A stretch of DNA of 64,000 nucleotides. It comes from a virus. The notes under the pieces were generated by a model that worked only from the letters and a program-made list of their open reading frames with translations, had not been told where the DNA came from and did no database searches. Below are positions 63,752-64,000 of this stretch, piece after piece. The first letter of the stretch is position 1. The number at the start of each line of letters is the position of its first letter. Position numbers and translations under genes: made by a program. The stretch covers positions 28,848 through 92,847 of the IMG/VR virus record IMGVR_UViG_3300021962_000055; one strand, 5' to 3'.

Positions 63752-63907
63752 ATGGCGCACATGATGGGCGACAAGCGCGCCCGCAACGAGTGTCCCTGGG
63801 GTTGCTGTTCCGACAGCAAGGCTCAGGGGAAAAGAGGTGCCTACAGGTGGCACCGCATGTTCCGCTCCCGTGAAAAGCGGGAGTGGAGGAAGGAGCAATG
63901 GTCATGA
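63752..63907 (+). CDS. 51-aa basic Cys-containing protein (MAHMMGDKRARNECPWGCC...)
   Basis: AGGAGGTGAC-ATG; not in ORF track. Confidence 0.7.
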   Translation: MAHMMGDKRARNECPWGCCSDSKAQGKRGAYRWHRMFRSREKREWRKEQWS

Positions 63908-64000
63908 GAACCAAGCGCAAGGCCCGAGCCATCGGGTCGGATCGGTGGGGCACCATCTACCGATACGGCCTTTACGAGGACATGGACATCCTCCAGCAGG
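63904..64000 (+). CDS. hypothetical protein, truncated at window edge (MRTKRKARAIG...)
   Basis: AAGGAG RBS, ATGA overlap, open to the edge. Confidence 0.6.
   Translation, partial: MRTKRKARAIGSDRWGTIYRYGLYEDMDILQQ

Noticed and set aside
63230-63754. CRISPR array from the regularly spaced repeats
   Set aside because: The intervening segments are about 230-bp ORFs and the repeat contains an RBS

Overview
This is a 64-kb slice of a large, apparently lytic, contractile-tailed (myovirus-like) dsDNA phage genome. The host is probably actinobacterial, possibly Acidimicrobiia-like; this is inferred from GC-rich early-gene codons and a Thr/Pro-stalk surface protein. Positions 1-60014 are almost all on the minus strand. 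They hold a replication/recombination module (SpoVS, resolvase-like nucleases, Cas4-like exonuclease, RecA, PolA, gp32-like SSB, SNF2 helicase, primase, DnaB, DnaC-like loader, and an initiator with internal iterons). They also hold a divergent Dps plus small-basic-protein operon, a complete head/neck/tail/baseplate module, terminase, endolysin/holin, a long modular fibre array, a membrane-protein operon headed by tRNA-Ile(UAU), and glycosyltransferase/methyltransferase genes. At about 60.0-60.5 kb the coding strand switches into a putative early region, the most unusual part of the window. It has 7 co-oriented perfect DnaA boxes plus one inverted box, and 11 copies of a CTAG-N3-CTAG motif, three fused to ribosome-binding sites of tandem small genes. 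It also has an approximately 900-nt hairpin-dense non-coding stretch, a tRNA-mimic with motif-bearing hairpins in place of D and anticodon loops, and tRNA-Arg(CCU). No integrase, CRISPR array or reverse transcriptase was seen. All family assignments come from motif recognition by eye, not database searches.
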